DNA of 38,580 nucleotides, taken from positions 1-38,580 of IMG/VR virus record IMGVR_UViG_3300047546_000907; one strand, written 5' to 3'. Origin of the DNA: a virus. Lineage: Duplodnaviria; Caudoviricetes. The translations under genes and the position numbers were made by a program. The notes under the pieces were generated by a model that saw only the letters and a list, made by a program, of their open reading frames with translations, was not told where the DNA came from and did not search any database. How positions within the stretch are numbered: the first letter of the stretch is position 1; each line of letters opens with the position of its first letter. Shown here one piece after another: positions 7,945-17,001 of the stretch.

Positions 7945-8954
7945 TATAAAATTTTGCCCCTCATTTGTTCTTGAAGATCTAAATCTTCTTTAACACGATT
8001 AATAAAACCCTCTCTGCCCTGAACTTTTGTTCCATCATCAAACTGATACCATGCACCAGTTCTATTGATTATGCCAAGTGATTCAGCAGTATCACAAAGA
8101 TCGCCGATAGTGTCAACCCCAACAAAATCACCTCTAAAATAGAAATCATATTCACCAGACTGAAAAGCAGGAGAAGTTTTCGAAAACTGTAATTCCCATC
8201 TAACTTTGCGACCAATTTTTTCTTCAATAAGTTTGTCACCAACATGTATTTTTCCTTTCAATGCTTGATTTTCTGATTCTGACGAAAATAGTTTAATAAC
8301 TGTAGAGGAATAAAACTTAGTAGCCTGACCACCAGTAGGCTGCTGACTAGTATACATAGCATTAATATTATTGCGAGACTGGCTAATAAGGACAAGCAAA
8401 GTAGGCTTAACTTTATTATTAGCATAATTAAGCATTTTCCATGCATTGCTAAAGTCTCTAGATTCCGCTCCAATTTGCTTTGTGTTTTCCAGTTGCTTAA
8501 GTTCATCAGAATCCTTTTCAAAATAGATTGCTGGAAGCAAAGATGTAATTGAATCAACCACAATCATGTCAACTCCAGCCTCCATTAATTGTACACCTAC
8601 ATCTACCATCTCATTAATTGTTCTTGCTTGAGAGTAGATGAGTTTTGTAGTGTCTACCCCCAGTCTTTCTGCCCAAGTCTTATCATATGACATTTCTGCA
8701 TCAATCCAAGCACAGATTTTGCCTTCTTGCTGAGCCTGTGCAATCATTTGTAAACAGAGTGAAGATTTAGCAGATGATTTGGATCCCCAAATTAGCACTT
8801 GTCTTCCATATGGTAATCCACCACCAAGAGCACGGTTTAGTCCAAAACTTGGTGTAGGAGCAAATTCTGTCTTTGGTACAGCATCACCTACAAGAATATT
8901 TTTACGTAATTTTGGATTTAATTGCGATAGTACGTCTTCAATTGTTGTTGTCAT
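7944..8954 (-). CDS. recA: RecA/UvsX-like recombinase
   Basis: LNRALGGGLPYGR, P-loop GSKSSAKS, WIDAE, IVVDS, ISQSR, PTGGQATKFYSS and GAWY...QG. Confidence 0.95.
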   Translation of the reverse strand: MTTTIEDVLSQLNPKLRKNILVGDAVPKTEFAPTPSFGLNRALGGGLPYGRQVLIWGSKSSAKSSLCLQMIAQAQQEGKICAWIDAEMSYDKTWAERLGVDTTKLIYSQARTINEMVDVGVQLMEAGVDMIVVDSITSLLPAIYFEKDSDELKQLENTKQIGAESRDFSNAWKMLNYANNKVKPTLLVLISQSRNNINAMYTSQQPTGGQATKFYSSTVIKLFSSESENQALKGKIHVGDKLIEEKIGRKVRWELQFSKTSPAFQSGEYDFYFRGDFVGVDTIGDLCDTAESLGIINRTGAWYQFDDGTKVQGREGFINRVKEDLDLQEQMRGKIL

Positions 8955-9271
8955 TAGAATCTTACTCCATGCTTTTGTGGACGATCTTTATTAATATTAG
9001 CCTTTTCTTGTAAAGCATAGTCAAGTGAGATTGTGGTATAACCTGATTGTACCAGACCAGCATACAGATCTAGTGTGCGAATAAAAATGTCTGCAGTTTC
9101 CATTGCAATCTCTTCCTCGCCTTTATCCTTACGAATTGCTTCCATGAGTTCTGTTACCTCTGACACAATCATCATACACTGTTTTGCAATAAAAATATCA
9201 TCAGTCTCTTCAGGCCAAAACCCCTTTGCTACTGCTGTTTCATGTAATTGTTCTGCTAGATCATCAAGCAT
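8954..9271 (-). CDS. MazG-like nucleotide pyrophosphohydrolase
   Basis: SEVTELMEAIRK...EEIAMETADIFIR...K..IN..RP.KHG; all-alpha NTP-PPase pattern. Confidence 0.85.
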   Translation of the reverse strand: MLDDLAEQLHETAVAKGFWPEETDDIFIAKQCMMIVSEVTELMEAIRKDKGEEEIAMETADIFIRTLDLYAGLVQSGYTTISLDYALQEKANINKDRPQKHGVRF

Positions 9272-12200
9272 TTATATCCTCCAATATAACTGTTCCATCT
9301 TTTGTTTTTCCAAAATCAAATTTATAAACATTTCCCTCTTGTATTTTCATATATGCTTTTGCAAATGCTGTAGGAAATACTGTAATAGAGTGTAAGTCTC
9401 TAGATGCATCTGCAACAGTGAGGGATGCCATCTTCTTACCAGTTTTTGTAACACGTGGTTTAAAAGAAACTACAAACATTTCTTCTTCTTTATATGGCAA
9501 CATTCTATAATTTAAAAACTTAATAAGAGCATTTTCAGATGTTTTAATTTCTTCAATTGGCACTGCCGAAACAACCCTATTATCGTTAGCAAGCAATATA
9601 TATGTTTTACCTGCCTCAATGGTTGTTTGCTCATCATCAAAAATTCCAACACTACCAGTTTTATCTAGTAACTCAACTCTTGACCAACCCTTTGCTCTTT
9701 TAATTCCTTTTATCATACCCATCATAATAAAAGATCCCTTTTCTTCATAGTCCTCTACGGGTGTAATAAAAGCGTGATAATGAGATGGAACTGTTAAATT
9801 AAATTCTGGCAGGTTTAAATATTCGTAGAGATTTTCTTTAATCTCTTCATCATTTCTTGGATTGTCATTGAATGTTGCTGCACCGATAACCCGTAATGCT
9901 TGAAGAGCACGGCTGTTAACTCCGTTTCCTTTAGTAAAAGTAAACTCCTCAAGTTCAGAATACGAATTGAAAGGCCTAGCAGAAATATATCTTTCAGCAA
10001 TCTTATCGGAGATATACTTAATACCAGAAAGACCAAACCGTATACCCTTACCCTCAATTTTAAAATCAATATCTGAATCATTAATATGAGGTAGTTTAAT
10101 GCTGATCCCCATTCTTTTTGCTTCAATAAGATATTCAGTCCTCGCATCTTTATCCTTTTCATTCTTTAGTATTGAGTACATAAACTCAAGTGGGTAGTAG
10201 TATTTCAACCATGCTGTCCAGTAGGAGAGGGTTGAGTAGGCAACGGCATGGGACTTGTTGAAAGAATATCCTGCGTGGGCCTCGAAATCATGCCATAGGT
10301 CAAGAGCGTCGTTAGGACTAATATACTTACTAGCACCAGAAATGAAACGATCTTGGAAAGCGTTAAACTCTTTAGCATCCTTTTTCTTTCCAATGATTTT
10401 TCTAACTTTATCTGCTTCCGACATGGACATACCGCCAAGGTGTACGCATGCTTGCATAACCTGTTCCTGGTAAAGAATGCAACCATATGTATCCTCCGTA
10501 AATGTTTTAAGTACTTGGTGCTTATAATCAATATTCTGTCTACCATGCTTACGCTCAATGTAGTCCTTACCAATTGTATTCATAGCACCTGGACGAACAA
10601 GAGCATTGGATGCAGCAAGTTCTGCCAAATTCTTTACACCCATCTTAATCAATAGGTTTGTGTATGGTGTTGCTTCGCACTGGAACACGCCCTTAGTATA
10701 TCCATCTGAAAGCATTTGATAAACATTCTTATCGTCCATACTGATAGAAAGAAGGTCTATCTTCTTGCCTTCTCGTTCTTCAATAATATTTAATGTATCT
10801 TTTAATACACTTAGGGTTTTAAGTCCAAGTGCATCGATTTTGATGAGACCAATTTTTTCAGCCTCTTCCATATCCACTGCAACGACAGGAATACGGTCAT
10901 CGCTACCAGGAGAATTGCGTGTCTCCATTGGTGCGTATTTAAAAATAGGATCTTTACTAGTGACAACGCCAGCAGCGTGAATGCCAGTACCTCTAATGCG
11001 ACCACGTAATTGTTCACCATATACCTCTACTTCTGGATACTTATCCCTAAACCATTGCGTTGTTTTTGAATTGCAGAAATCATCCCAACTATCTACAAGT
11101 TTTAAGACTTTATTAACATCTGTTAGTGGAATATTTAAAACACGTGATACATCTCGTACAACCCCCTTATCTTTAAATGAAAGGAATGTAGCAATAGATG
11201 CAACGTGTCTATATTGTCTAACTAGATAATCTTTTACTTCTTCACGACGTGAATCTTGGATATCTGTGTCAATATCTGGGAAGTCGTTACGTTCAGGATT
11301 AATGAAGCGGAAGAACAAAAGTCCATGCTCAATTGGATCAATATCAGTAATTCCAAGTGAGTAGCAAAGTAATGATCCAGCAGCAGAACCTCGACCAGGG
11401 CCAACCATGATGCCTTCCTTCTTAGCCCAAGTAATCATGTTGCGAACAACCATAAAATAAGGAGCAAATTTTTTATCTTTAATTACAGACAACTCTTCAT
11501 CTAGTCTATCTAAGTATTCTTGAGAGTCAAGCCCTCTCTCCTTTAATCCAGCAAGTGCTAAGTCTTTTAACTCCTTGTCAGGATTTTTATATTGTACTGG
11601 TAAAAGATTTAGCCCTTCTTGAATGCCGTAGTCTTCTACCTTATTTACTATGGATAATGTGTTTGCATAAATATCTGGTCTATCAATACCCTGCTTTTCC
11701 ATCGCAGCCTTCATCTCTTTATATGAAAGTAGATGAATGTCAAATTTATTAAATGTTATTTGTCTATCTGCACCATAAAGATAATCTAAACGATCCATCA
11801 TATCTTTATGCTTTTTTGACTTTTCAAATGTATGTTCTTTATCAATCTTGACATGCGTGTTGAGAAGTAACTTAAACTCTTGTATTTCACGTTGTTCTGT
11901 AGAACTATGGTGGCAGTCAGGTGTAACTACAACTTGTACACCAAATTCATCAGCCAATTGAATAAGTTGTTTATTAATCTCTGTCTCATTGTGTGGCATA
12001 ACCTCAATGTAGTAGTCATCCTTAAAAACTCTTTTAAACCATTCAATATGCTTTTTGGCAATAGCAAACTCATTATTTTCAAGTGCTTTGACAAGTACGC
12101 TACTTGGACATGCTGATGTAACAATAATACCTTCTGAATACTTTTCAAGAATCTCAAAGTCAAATCGTGGTTTCTTAAAATATCCTTCTGTCCATGCAAT

Positions 12201-12533
12201 CTCATTAATCTTATTGAGATTTTCCAAACCTTGCTTGTTCTTAGCGAGAAGAACTATATGGTTATAGACTAGATCTAGATCTCCATCTCTTTCAGACTTA
12301 TCTCTAGTATCAAATCTATCAGAACACATATAGCCTTCTACGCCAAGTATAGGCTTAATACCCTTTGCTTTTGCAATACGGTGCAGTTCCCTATGCCCAG
12401 ATAAAGTACCGTGGTCAGTGATGGCAATTGCTGGCATCCCTAACTCAACTGCACGGTTCACGTATTCTTCTGGAGTAGCAATTCCGTCAAAGAGGGAATA
12501 ATGGGTATGTACGTGTAAGCCTACGTAAGACAT
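9264..12533 (-). CDS. dnaE: DNA polymerase III alpha subunit (family C), PHP domain intact
   Basis: HVHTHYS, ITDHG, GRGSAAGS, PDIDTD, HAAGVV, KIDALGL, YQEQVM, YSFNKSHA. No intein seen. Confidence 0.97.
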   Translation of the reverse strand: MSYVGLHVHTHYSLFDGIATPEEYVNRAVELGMPAIAITDHGTLSGHRELHRIAKAKGIKPILGVEGYMCSDRFDTRDKSERDGDLDLVYNHIVLLAKNKQGLENLNKINEIAWTEGYFKKPRFDFEILEKYSEGIIVTSACPSSVLVKALENNEFAIAKKHIEWFKRVFKDDYYIEVMPHNETEINKQLIQLADEFGVQVVVTPDCHHSSTEQREIQEFKLLLNTHVKIDKEHTFEKSKKHKDMMDRLDYLYGADRQITFNKFDIHLLSYKEMKAAMEKQGIDRPDIYANTLSIVNKVEDYGIQEGLNLLPVQYKNPDKELKDLALAGLKERGLDSQEYLDRLDEELSVIKDKKFAPYFMVVRNMITWAKKEGIMVGPGRGSAAGSLLCYSLGITDIDPIEHGLLFFRFINPERNDFPDIDTDIQDSRREEVKDYLVRQYRHVASIATFLSFKDKGVVRDVSRVLNIPLTDVNKVLKLVDSWDDFCNSKTTQWFRDKYPEVEVYGEQLRGRIRGTGIHAAGVVTSKDPIFKYAPMETRNSPGSDDRIPVVAVDMEEAEKIGLIKIDALGLKTLSVLKDTLNIIEEREGKKIDLLSISMDDKNVYQMLSDGYTKGVFQCEATPYTNLLIKMGVKNLAELAASNALVRPGAMNTIGKDYIERKHGRQNIDYKHQVLKTFTEDTYGCILYQEQVMQACVHLGGMSMSEADKVRKIIGKKKDAKEFNAFQDRFISGASKYISPNDALDLWHDFEAHAGYSFNKSHAVAYSTLSYWTAWLKYYYPLEFMYSILKNEKDKDARTEYLIEAKRMGISIKLPHINDSDIDFKIEGKGIRFGLSGIKYISDKIAERYISARPFNSYSELEEFTFTKGNGVNSRALQALRVIGAATFNDNPRNDEEIKENLYEYLNLPEFNLTVPSHYHAFITPVEDYEEKGSFIMMGMIKGIKRAKGWSRVELLDKTGSVGIFDDEQTTIEAGKTYILLANDNRVVSAVPIEEIKTSENALIKFLNYRMLPYKEEEMFVVSFKPRVTKTGKKMASLTVADASRDLHSITVFPTAFAKAYMKIQEGNVYKFDFGKTKDGTVILEDINA

Positions 12534-12536
12534 CTA

Positions 12537-13190
12537 TTACCAGTCGATATTTGTACTAGTAACAGAAGGTGTATCAAATCCAAAATAGAATGATTCTTGT
12601 TCTGGATATGGAACCTCACGAACAACCTTTTCTAGGTTGAAGAATTCAAAACCTTCCCACTTAAAAGGTTCAGAATCTGGTTTGGTAGGAAGAAGTGTGT
12701 AGTTGGTTTCAGTACCCTGACCATTACGCTTCAACTTCCATTCAAGGTTTGATACGCTACCTGTGTCAAGTGCGTATTCACGAATATTATTAAATGCTGA
12801 TTGCTTGCTAATACCTTGAGACCATACAGCAATATATGGATCTTCAAGACCATCATTAATCAAAACATTGCAGTAAAAACGAAGACGTGCTCTCCAGCCA
12901 GACTTCGGTTCTTTCTTGGCCATCTCACAACCAAAACAGCGACCCTCTGTTTCCATTGTGCATGCAGCCTTACGCTTATAATCTTTTGGATTGGTGTGTT
13001 CTGCAACTACTACAGAAAGACCACGGTCTTCTGCAAAGTGTGCTGAGTCTGAATCTAATTCTTCTACGAATCGGATTTTTGCTGATTGTCCATCAGCCAA
13101 CTTTACCCAACGAACCTTTTGTCCAGTACCTTCATACTTTGGCTTGTCGAGCAAGGCATTGATATCTTTGAGTCCTTTAATTACGCTCAT
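12537..13190 (-). CDS. ssb: T4 gp32-like ssDNA-binding protein
   Basis: WVKLADGQSAKIRF, Zn motif H..C..CFGC, KRNGQGTETNY, acidic/aromatic C-terminus. Sits between primase and polymerase. Confidence 0.8.
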   Translation of the reverse strand: MSVIKGLKDINALLDKPKYEGTGQKVRWVKLADGQSAKIRFVEELDSDSAHFAEDRGLSVVVAEHTNPKDYKRKAACTMETEGRCFGCEMAKKEPKSGWRARLRFYCNVLINDGLEDPYIAVWSQGISKQSAFNNIREYALDTGSVSNLEWKLKRNGQGTETNYTLLPTKPDSEPFKWEGFEFFNLEKVVREVPYPEQESFYFGFDTPSVTSTNIDW

Positions 13191-13212
13191 TTTTTTCTCC
13201 TTGTTTGTTATC

Positions 13213-14157
13213 TTAGTTTAGCATAGACAGTATTGACTTGTCAAACTGATATTCTAATTGTTTAATTGACGTGTCGTCCATATCGCCTATATCTTTATAT
13301 TGTTTATCTAACTGAATTACGCTAACACGAGAACCTAATCTTTCAATTAATCGATCTTTCATGTTACCGCCTGCCTCATCATTATCTGCAATAACAATAA
13401 TATTATTGAAGTATTTTTGAAGCAATTCTATTTGTGCATTTGAAACATTTGCACCCAAAGTAGCCACTGCTGGGAAACCAACCTGATCTAATCTAATAGC
13501 ATCAAAAGAGGATTCAACCACATAAACTTTGTCTGCAATTTTTACTCTATGCAAATTAAATAAAGTTTTTGATTTTGGTAATCCTGGAGTATTCTTAAAT
13601 TCTTTACCTTCGATGGTTCGTGCAACAAAACCAATAATCATTCCATCTGGGCTATGTACTGGAACAGTGACCATATCTTGCTTTTCAGAAAATCCAAGCC
13701 AAAAGTTTTTCATTGACTGTTCGGTAATTAATCTGCCTGAAAAATATCTTTTTGCTCTTGGAGATTCCATTGCCTGAGAATTTAATCTTTTAATCAATAT
13801 CTCATCAAACTGGATAAAATCTGGTTTAACATAAAGTGCTTGGTTAATATCTTTTTCTAAATTAGATTCAGATTCTTTACCTTTGATAAAACGAATAGAT
13901 TCAAAATAAGTGCGACCAGACGTGTGCATAACAAGTTCTACTAAATCTGCGACTTTCTGACAAGAAAAACAAAAAAATGTTCCATCGCTTTTATGCACTT
14001 CGCCAGCAGGAGTTCTTGTATTAGAATGAAATGGACAAAAGATAATATAATCAGAATCTACTTCTGATTCGATTGTGATTCCCGAACCTGTGAGGACTCT
14101 TTTAATTTGTTCTTTGGTGTAGGTATTGCTTTGTGTTCGTCTAGTCCTATTATCCAT
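13213..14157 (-). CDS. dnaG: DNA primase (CHC2 Zn finger plus TOPRIM)
   Basis: CPFH...FCFSC, GFVART, LFNLH, VVESSFDA, IADNDEAG, KDIGD. Confidence 0.93.
   Translation of the reverse strand: MDNRTRRTQSNTYTKEQIKRVLTGSGITIESEVDSDYIIFCPFHSNTRTPAGEVHKSDGTFFCFSCQKVADLVELVMHTSGRTYFESIRFIKGKESESNLEKDINQALYVKPDFIQFDEILIKRLNSQAMESPRAKRYFSGRLITEQSMKNFWLGFSEKQDMVTVPVHSPDGMIIGFVARTIEGKEFKNTPGLPKSKTLFNLHRVKIADKVYVVESSFDAIRLDQVGFPAVATLGANVSNAQIELLQKYFNNIIVIADNDEAGGNMKDRLIERLGSRVSVIQLDKQYKDIGDMDDTSIKQLEYQFDKSILSMLN
13215..13244 (-). promoter_or_regulatory. Putative promoter for ssb-dnaE, TTGACA-N18-TAAACT with TGn
   Basis: Embedded in the last codons of the primase gene and followed by an AAGGAG SD. Confidence 0.7.
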
Positions 14158-14402
14158 TCGCTCTGTCTTCTTCCTATGTATACTCCGTATAATGTTAATT
14201 CAAATTCAAAAAATTTTTTCTTTTCGTTATAGTCTACCGTAAAATCTGGCACTATGTCAAGTCTTGGTACATAACCTGCCAATCGCATTTCTGTAACCAG
14301 AAGGCGGATATACTCCTCCTTCAATCTCCAGATTACAGCCTCGTCGCTGATCATTCCGTTGAGATTGAACCTCTTCAATGGTTTGTGATGAAAAGTTGCC
14401 AT
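14058..14402 (-). CDS. Hypothetical protein, 114 aa, probably leaderless
   Basis: Fills the dnaB-dnaG gap. TATAAT lies 7 nt before the ATG and there is no SD. Confidence 0.7.
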   Translation of the reverse strand: MATFHHKPLKRFNLNGMISDEAVIWRLKEEYIRLLVTEMRLAGYVPRLDIVPDFTVDYNEKKKFFEFELTLYGVYIGRRQSEWIIGLDEHKAIPTPKNKLKESSQVRESQSNQK

Positions 14403-14424
14403 GTATCATATTATATCTGCTATC

Positions 14425-15642
14425 TCAATTCTCAAAGTCTTTATATCTATAATGTCCTCTGTCAAAGTCTACTTCAACCAAGAATTCACCCATAAAACCA
14501 TTTCTATTCTTTCTAAATACACATTCAATAATGTCACTATTGGCTCCACGACCAAGTGCCATAACCCAGTCAGCATCATAGGCAATCTGTCTAGACCATG
14601 CGGTTTGACCTAATGTTGGAACAGTATCCAGTTTAGTAACGTCATCTGGTGTAGCAGATGAGATTGCAATAATTGGTACTTCTTCTGCAATTGCCATTAA
14701 CTTTAATTCACGAGAAAGGTTCTTCATACGTACCGTCTCATTGTCAGACTTTTGATTTGGACTCATTAGTTGTAGGTAGTCAACAATAATGAAGTCTGGT
14801 TTATACTGATCAATCTTTCCACGCAGGACAGATGGAGTTACATCTCCACCAGAATCATTAGAAATAATGTGAAATTCAGGCTTTCCAACAAGACGATCTC
14901 CATGCCACTTCTTGAGCATATCAATTTCAACTTGTCCAGAACTGAGTTTTCTGTGTGACCAAAGACCTTCACCCATAATTGTAAATACACGGTTACGAAC
15001 TTCTGTCTCACTCATTTCCAATGAAATGATTAATGGTGACTTACCCTGTTTCCATGCCTGTACTGCAAAATACAAAGAAAGCCAAGACTTACCAATACCA
15101 GGATATGCCAGAAAAACACCCAATTGTCCTGGCATGATTCCTGCTGGAAGATAGTTATCAAATCCTGGCAAACCAGTTTTAATTCCAACAGAACCTAATT
15201 CTTGCTGCTTCTTTACTTGCTCATAATATGCAACTGCTGAATCTAAATCCGTAACATCAATATCACGAATTGCAGCAGTGTTCTTTTTTAATTCTGAAGT
15301 TTTCTGAATTAGTGTTTCGAGTGCTGCAGGACCTTGACCACTTTGCACCTCTGTTGCAGTAGCCCTAAGAATATCTTTAAGGCTATCTGTCAAATACTCT
15401 GCCTGCAATTCGTCTAGGTGATGCTTTGTTGCTCCTACTCCAGCAGAGGGTGTAAAGTCTCTAAACTTTTCAACAACAAGAGATAGTGGTGGTACAGATC
15501 CATTATGTTCAGAATAGTTTCTTATAAAATTCCAAATGTCTCCATGAGTTCTTAGAATGTTATCAACATTTGCCTGTAAGAGTACGTGAACCTGTCTATC
15601 TTCAAGTACAGCGGTAATAAGTTTATTCTCAGTATTATTCAC
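14425..15642 (-). CDS. dnaB: DnaB-like replicative helicase
   Basis: GIKTG, AYPGIGKS, SLEM, VDYLQL, SRELK, IAYDAD, KNRNG. Confidence 0.95.
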   Translation of the reverse strand: MNNTENKLITAVLEDRQVHVLLQANVDNILRTHGDIWNFIRNYSEHNGSVPPLSLVVEKFRDFTPSAGVGATKHHLDELQAEYLTDSLKDILRATATEVQSGQGPAALETLIQKTSELKKNTAAIRDIDVTDLDSAVAYYEQVKKQQELGSVGIKTGLPGFDNYLPAGIMPGQLGVFLAYPGIGKSWLSLYFAVQAWKQGKSPLIISLEMSETEVRNRVFTIMGEGLWSHRKLSSGQVEIDMLKKWHGDRLVGKPEFHIISNDSGGDVTPSVLRGKIDQYKPDFIIVDYLQLMSPNQKSDNETVRMKNLSRELKLMAIAEEVPIIAISSATPDDVTKLDTVPTLGQTAWSRQIAYDADWVMALGRGANSDIIECVFRKNRNGFMGEFLVEVDFDRGHYRYKDFEN

Positions 15643-15943
15643 TTAACCACTTCCTAGCCATTGCTCGTCTTTCTTCTCGTTCTCTTTTGTCTTGCTCTAT
15701 TTGATTTCGTTTTTCAATTATAGCATCTGCATAATTGACGTAATACTTCCAATTTGGTTCAGTTGCAATTTCAAAATAATAGGATAACAAATCATAACAT
15801 GCTGGCAATCCATATGATTCAATCAATGCATCTGCAGCCCACTGCTCTACGTTTAAATTAAGAGATGGTCTCTGCTCATATCGCTGAGTATATAATTTGC
15901 TATAACGACTAAGCAAAGCCATGCGGTCTTTGCGTTCAGCCAT
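15635..15943 (-). CDS. Hypothetical protein upstream of the helicase (possible loader/initiator partner)
   Basis: 102-aa helical ORF coupled to both neighbours. Function inferred from position only. Confidence 0.7.
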   Translation of the reverse strand: MAERKDRMALLSRYSKLYTQRYEQRPSLNLNVEQWAADALIESYGLPACYDLLSYYFEIATEPNWKYYVNYADAIIEKRNQIEQDKREREERRAMARKWLSE

Positions 15944-16149
15944 TATTCTTCTAACTCAGATTTTGCTTCAGCAATTTTTTCAGTTAATTTATCTTCTACA
16001 AACTTGTAGACTCTTTCAAAAGCATCATTGGTATTCTCTCCATCACGCTTTGAATCCACAACTCCAAGATCTAACCTTAATGATTGAAAATTTCCAAGGT
16101 TTAGGGTATAGCCCAATGTCACAGAAACTTTAGTGTTTTCATTTTCCAT
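15943..16149 (-). CDS. Hypothetical protein, 68 aa, first gene of the replication operon
   Basis: AGGAG SD; VSVTLGYTLNLGNFQSLRLD motif followed by a helix. Confidence 0.78.
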   Translation of the reverse strand: MENENTKVSVTLGYTLNLGNFQSLRLDLGVVDSKRDGENTNDAFERVYKFVEDKLTEKIAEAKSELEE

Positions 16150-16177
16150 TTATATTTTCTCCTATATGTTTTAAACA

Positions 16178-16206
16178 ATCATATCACAGAAACCTGTGAA
16201 AGTCAA
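16178..16206 (-). promoter_or_regulatory. Replication-operon promoter TTGACT-N17-TATGAT with a dyad in the spacer
   Basis: Intergenic, with TGTGA just before the -10. Spacer holds TCACAG-N4-CTGTGA (16184-16199). Confidence 0.75.
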
Positions 16207-16321
16207 GCACTGCCTTGCTACAGAAGGTGTCAAATCGTCCATTAAAGCCACTTATAAGGGTTTTTAAACCCTACTGTGGGTTGTTGATCATTATTCTCCA
16301 TAAATGGTGTTTTATGACCTA

Positions 16322-16864
16322 TCATAGCGTTTCACTCCATACTGGTATATATCTGCCATCTTCAGTTTTTACATATGTAAGTATACCGTCCCCCATACGT
16401 CTTGTCAACTCTTGACGTGAAGGTGTTATGTCATTTGTAATTAACTTATCTTTTCTTGGTCTACCTATGTGATATGTAGCCAATATATCACGAATCTCTT
16501 TTACCTGTGATTCAGAATAATATGATCTAACTTGCCAACCTCTGGCACCACCTTTTTGAGATCCCATTGGAAATGGAATAATTCCACGCTTCATTAATGA
16601 TGGCATATATTTTTTATGTCTATTTACAAGTTCTGCAGTTTCTCCAACAGTATATGCTCGTTCTCTATTATTTTTAAAATCACTAATAAGACAACTTTCG
16701 ATTCTATCTTTTGTAATATTATAAACAGACATTATTCCATTAGAACGATTTAAATGATGAACTCGAACAAGATCACCATTTAAAAACCAAACCTTTTTGT
16801 TTCCAGGAATTACAGAGGCGTTATTGTAACCTTCGCTCTCAATGCTTCCTTTTTTAGTAGCCAT
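16322..16864 (-). CDS. MerR-like/excisionase-type winged HTH DNA-binding protein
   Basis: AYTVGETAELVNRHKKYMPSLMKRGIIPFP...RSYYSESQVKEIR matches the MerR HTH pattern. Confidence 0.75.
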   Translation of the reverse strand: MATKKGSIESEGYNNASVIPGNKKVWFLNGDLVRVHHLNRSNGIMSVYNITKDRIESCLISDFKNNRERAYTVGETAELVNRHKKYMPSLMKRGIIPFPMGSQKGGARGWQVRSYYSESQVKEIRDILATYHIGRPRKDKLITNDITPSRQELTRRMGDGILTYVKTEDGRYIPVWSETL

Positions 16865-17001
16865 TGTCCCTCGTTCGAATCACTTGGTGGATGAAAAAAT
16901 TTGCGTGATCCACATGTCAAACAAAAGGTCTCTAGATGATCAACATTAGTATATTGTCGATCTAGGAACATTCTATTATGACATTTATCACACTTCAACA
17001 T
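16810..17001 (-). CDS. Zn-ribbon protein
   Basis: CDKC...CLTCG, 63 aa. Confidence 0.75.
   Translation of the reverse strand: MLKCDKCHNRMFLDRQYTNVDHLETFCLTCGSRKFFHPPSDSNEGQWLLKKEALRAKVTITPL

Noticed and set aside
9815-11020. Alternative-frame minus-strand ORFs inside dnaE (also within recA and the hub gene)
   Set aside because: Leu/Lys-rich off-frame by-products of codon bias, with no independent support.
9264-15642. Inteins, introns or homing endonucleases in dnaE/dnaB
   Set aside because: Lengths are typical, motifs are contiguous, and no splice-junction or LAGLIDADG/HNH motifs were seen.
16184-16199. CRP-binding site
   Set aside because: Half-sites are inverted (TCACA-N6-TGTGA) relative to the CRP consensus TGTGA-N6-TCACA.
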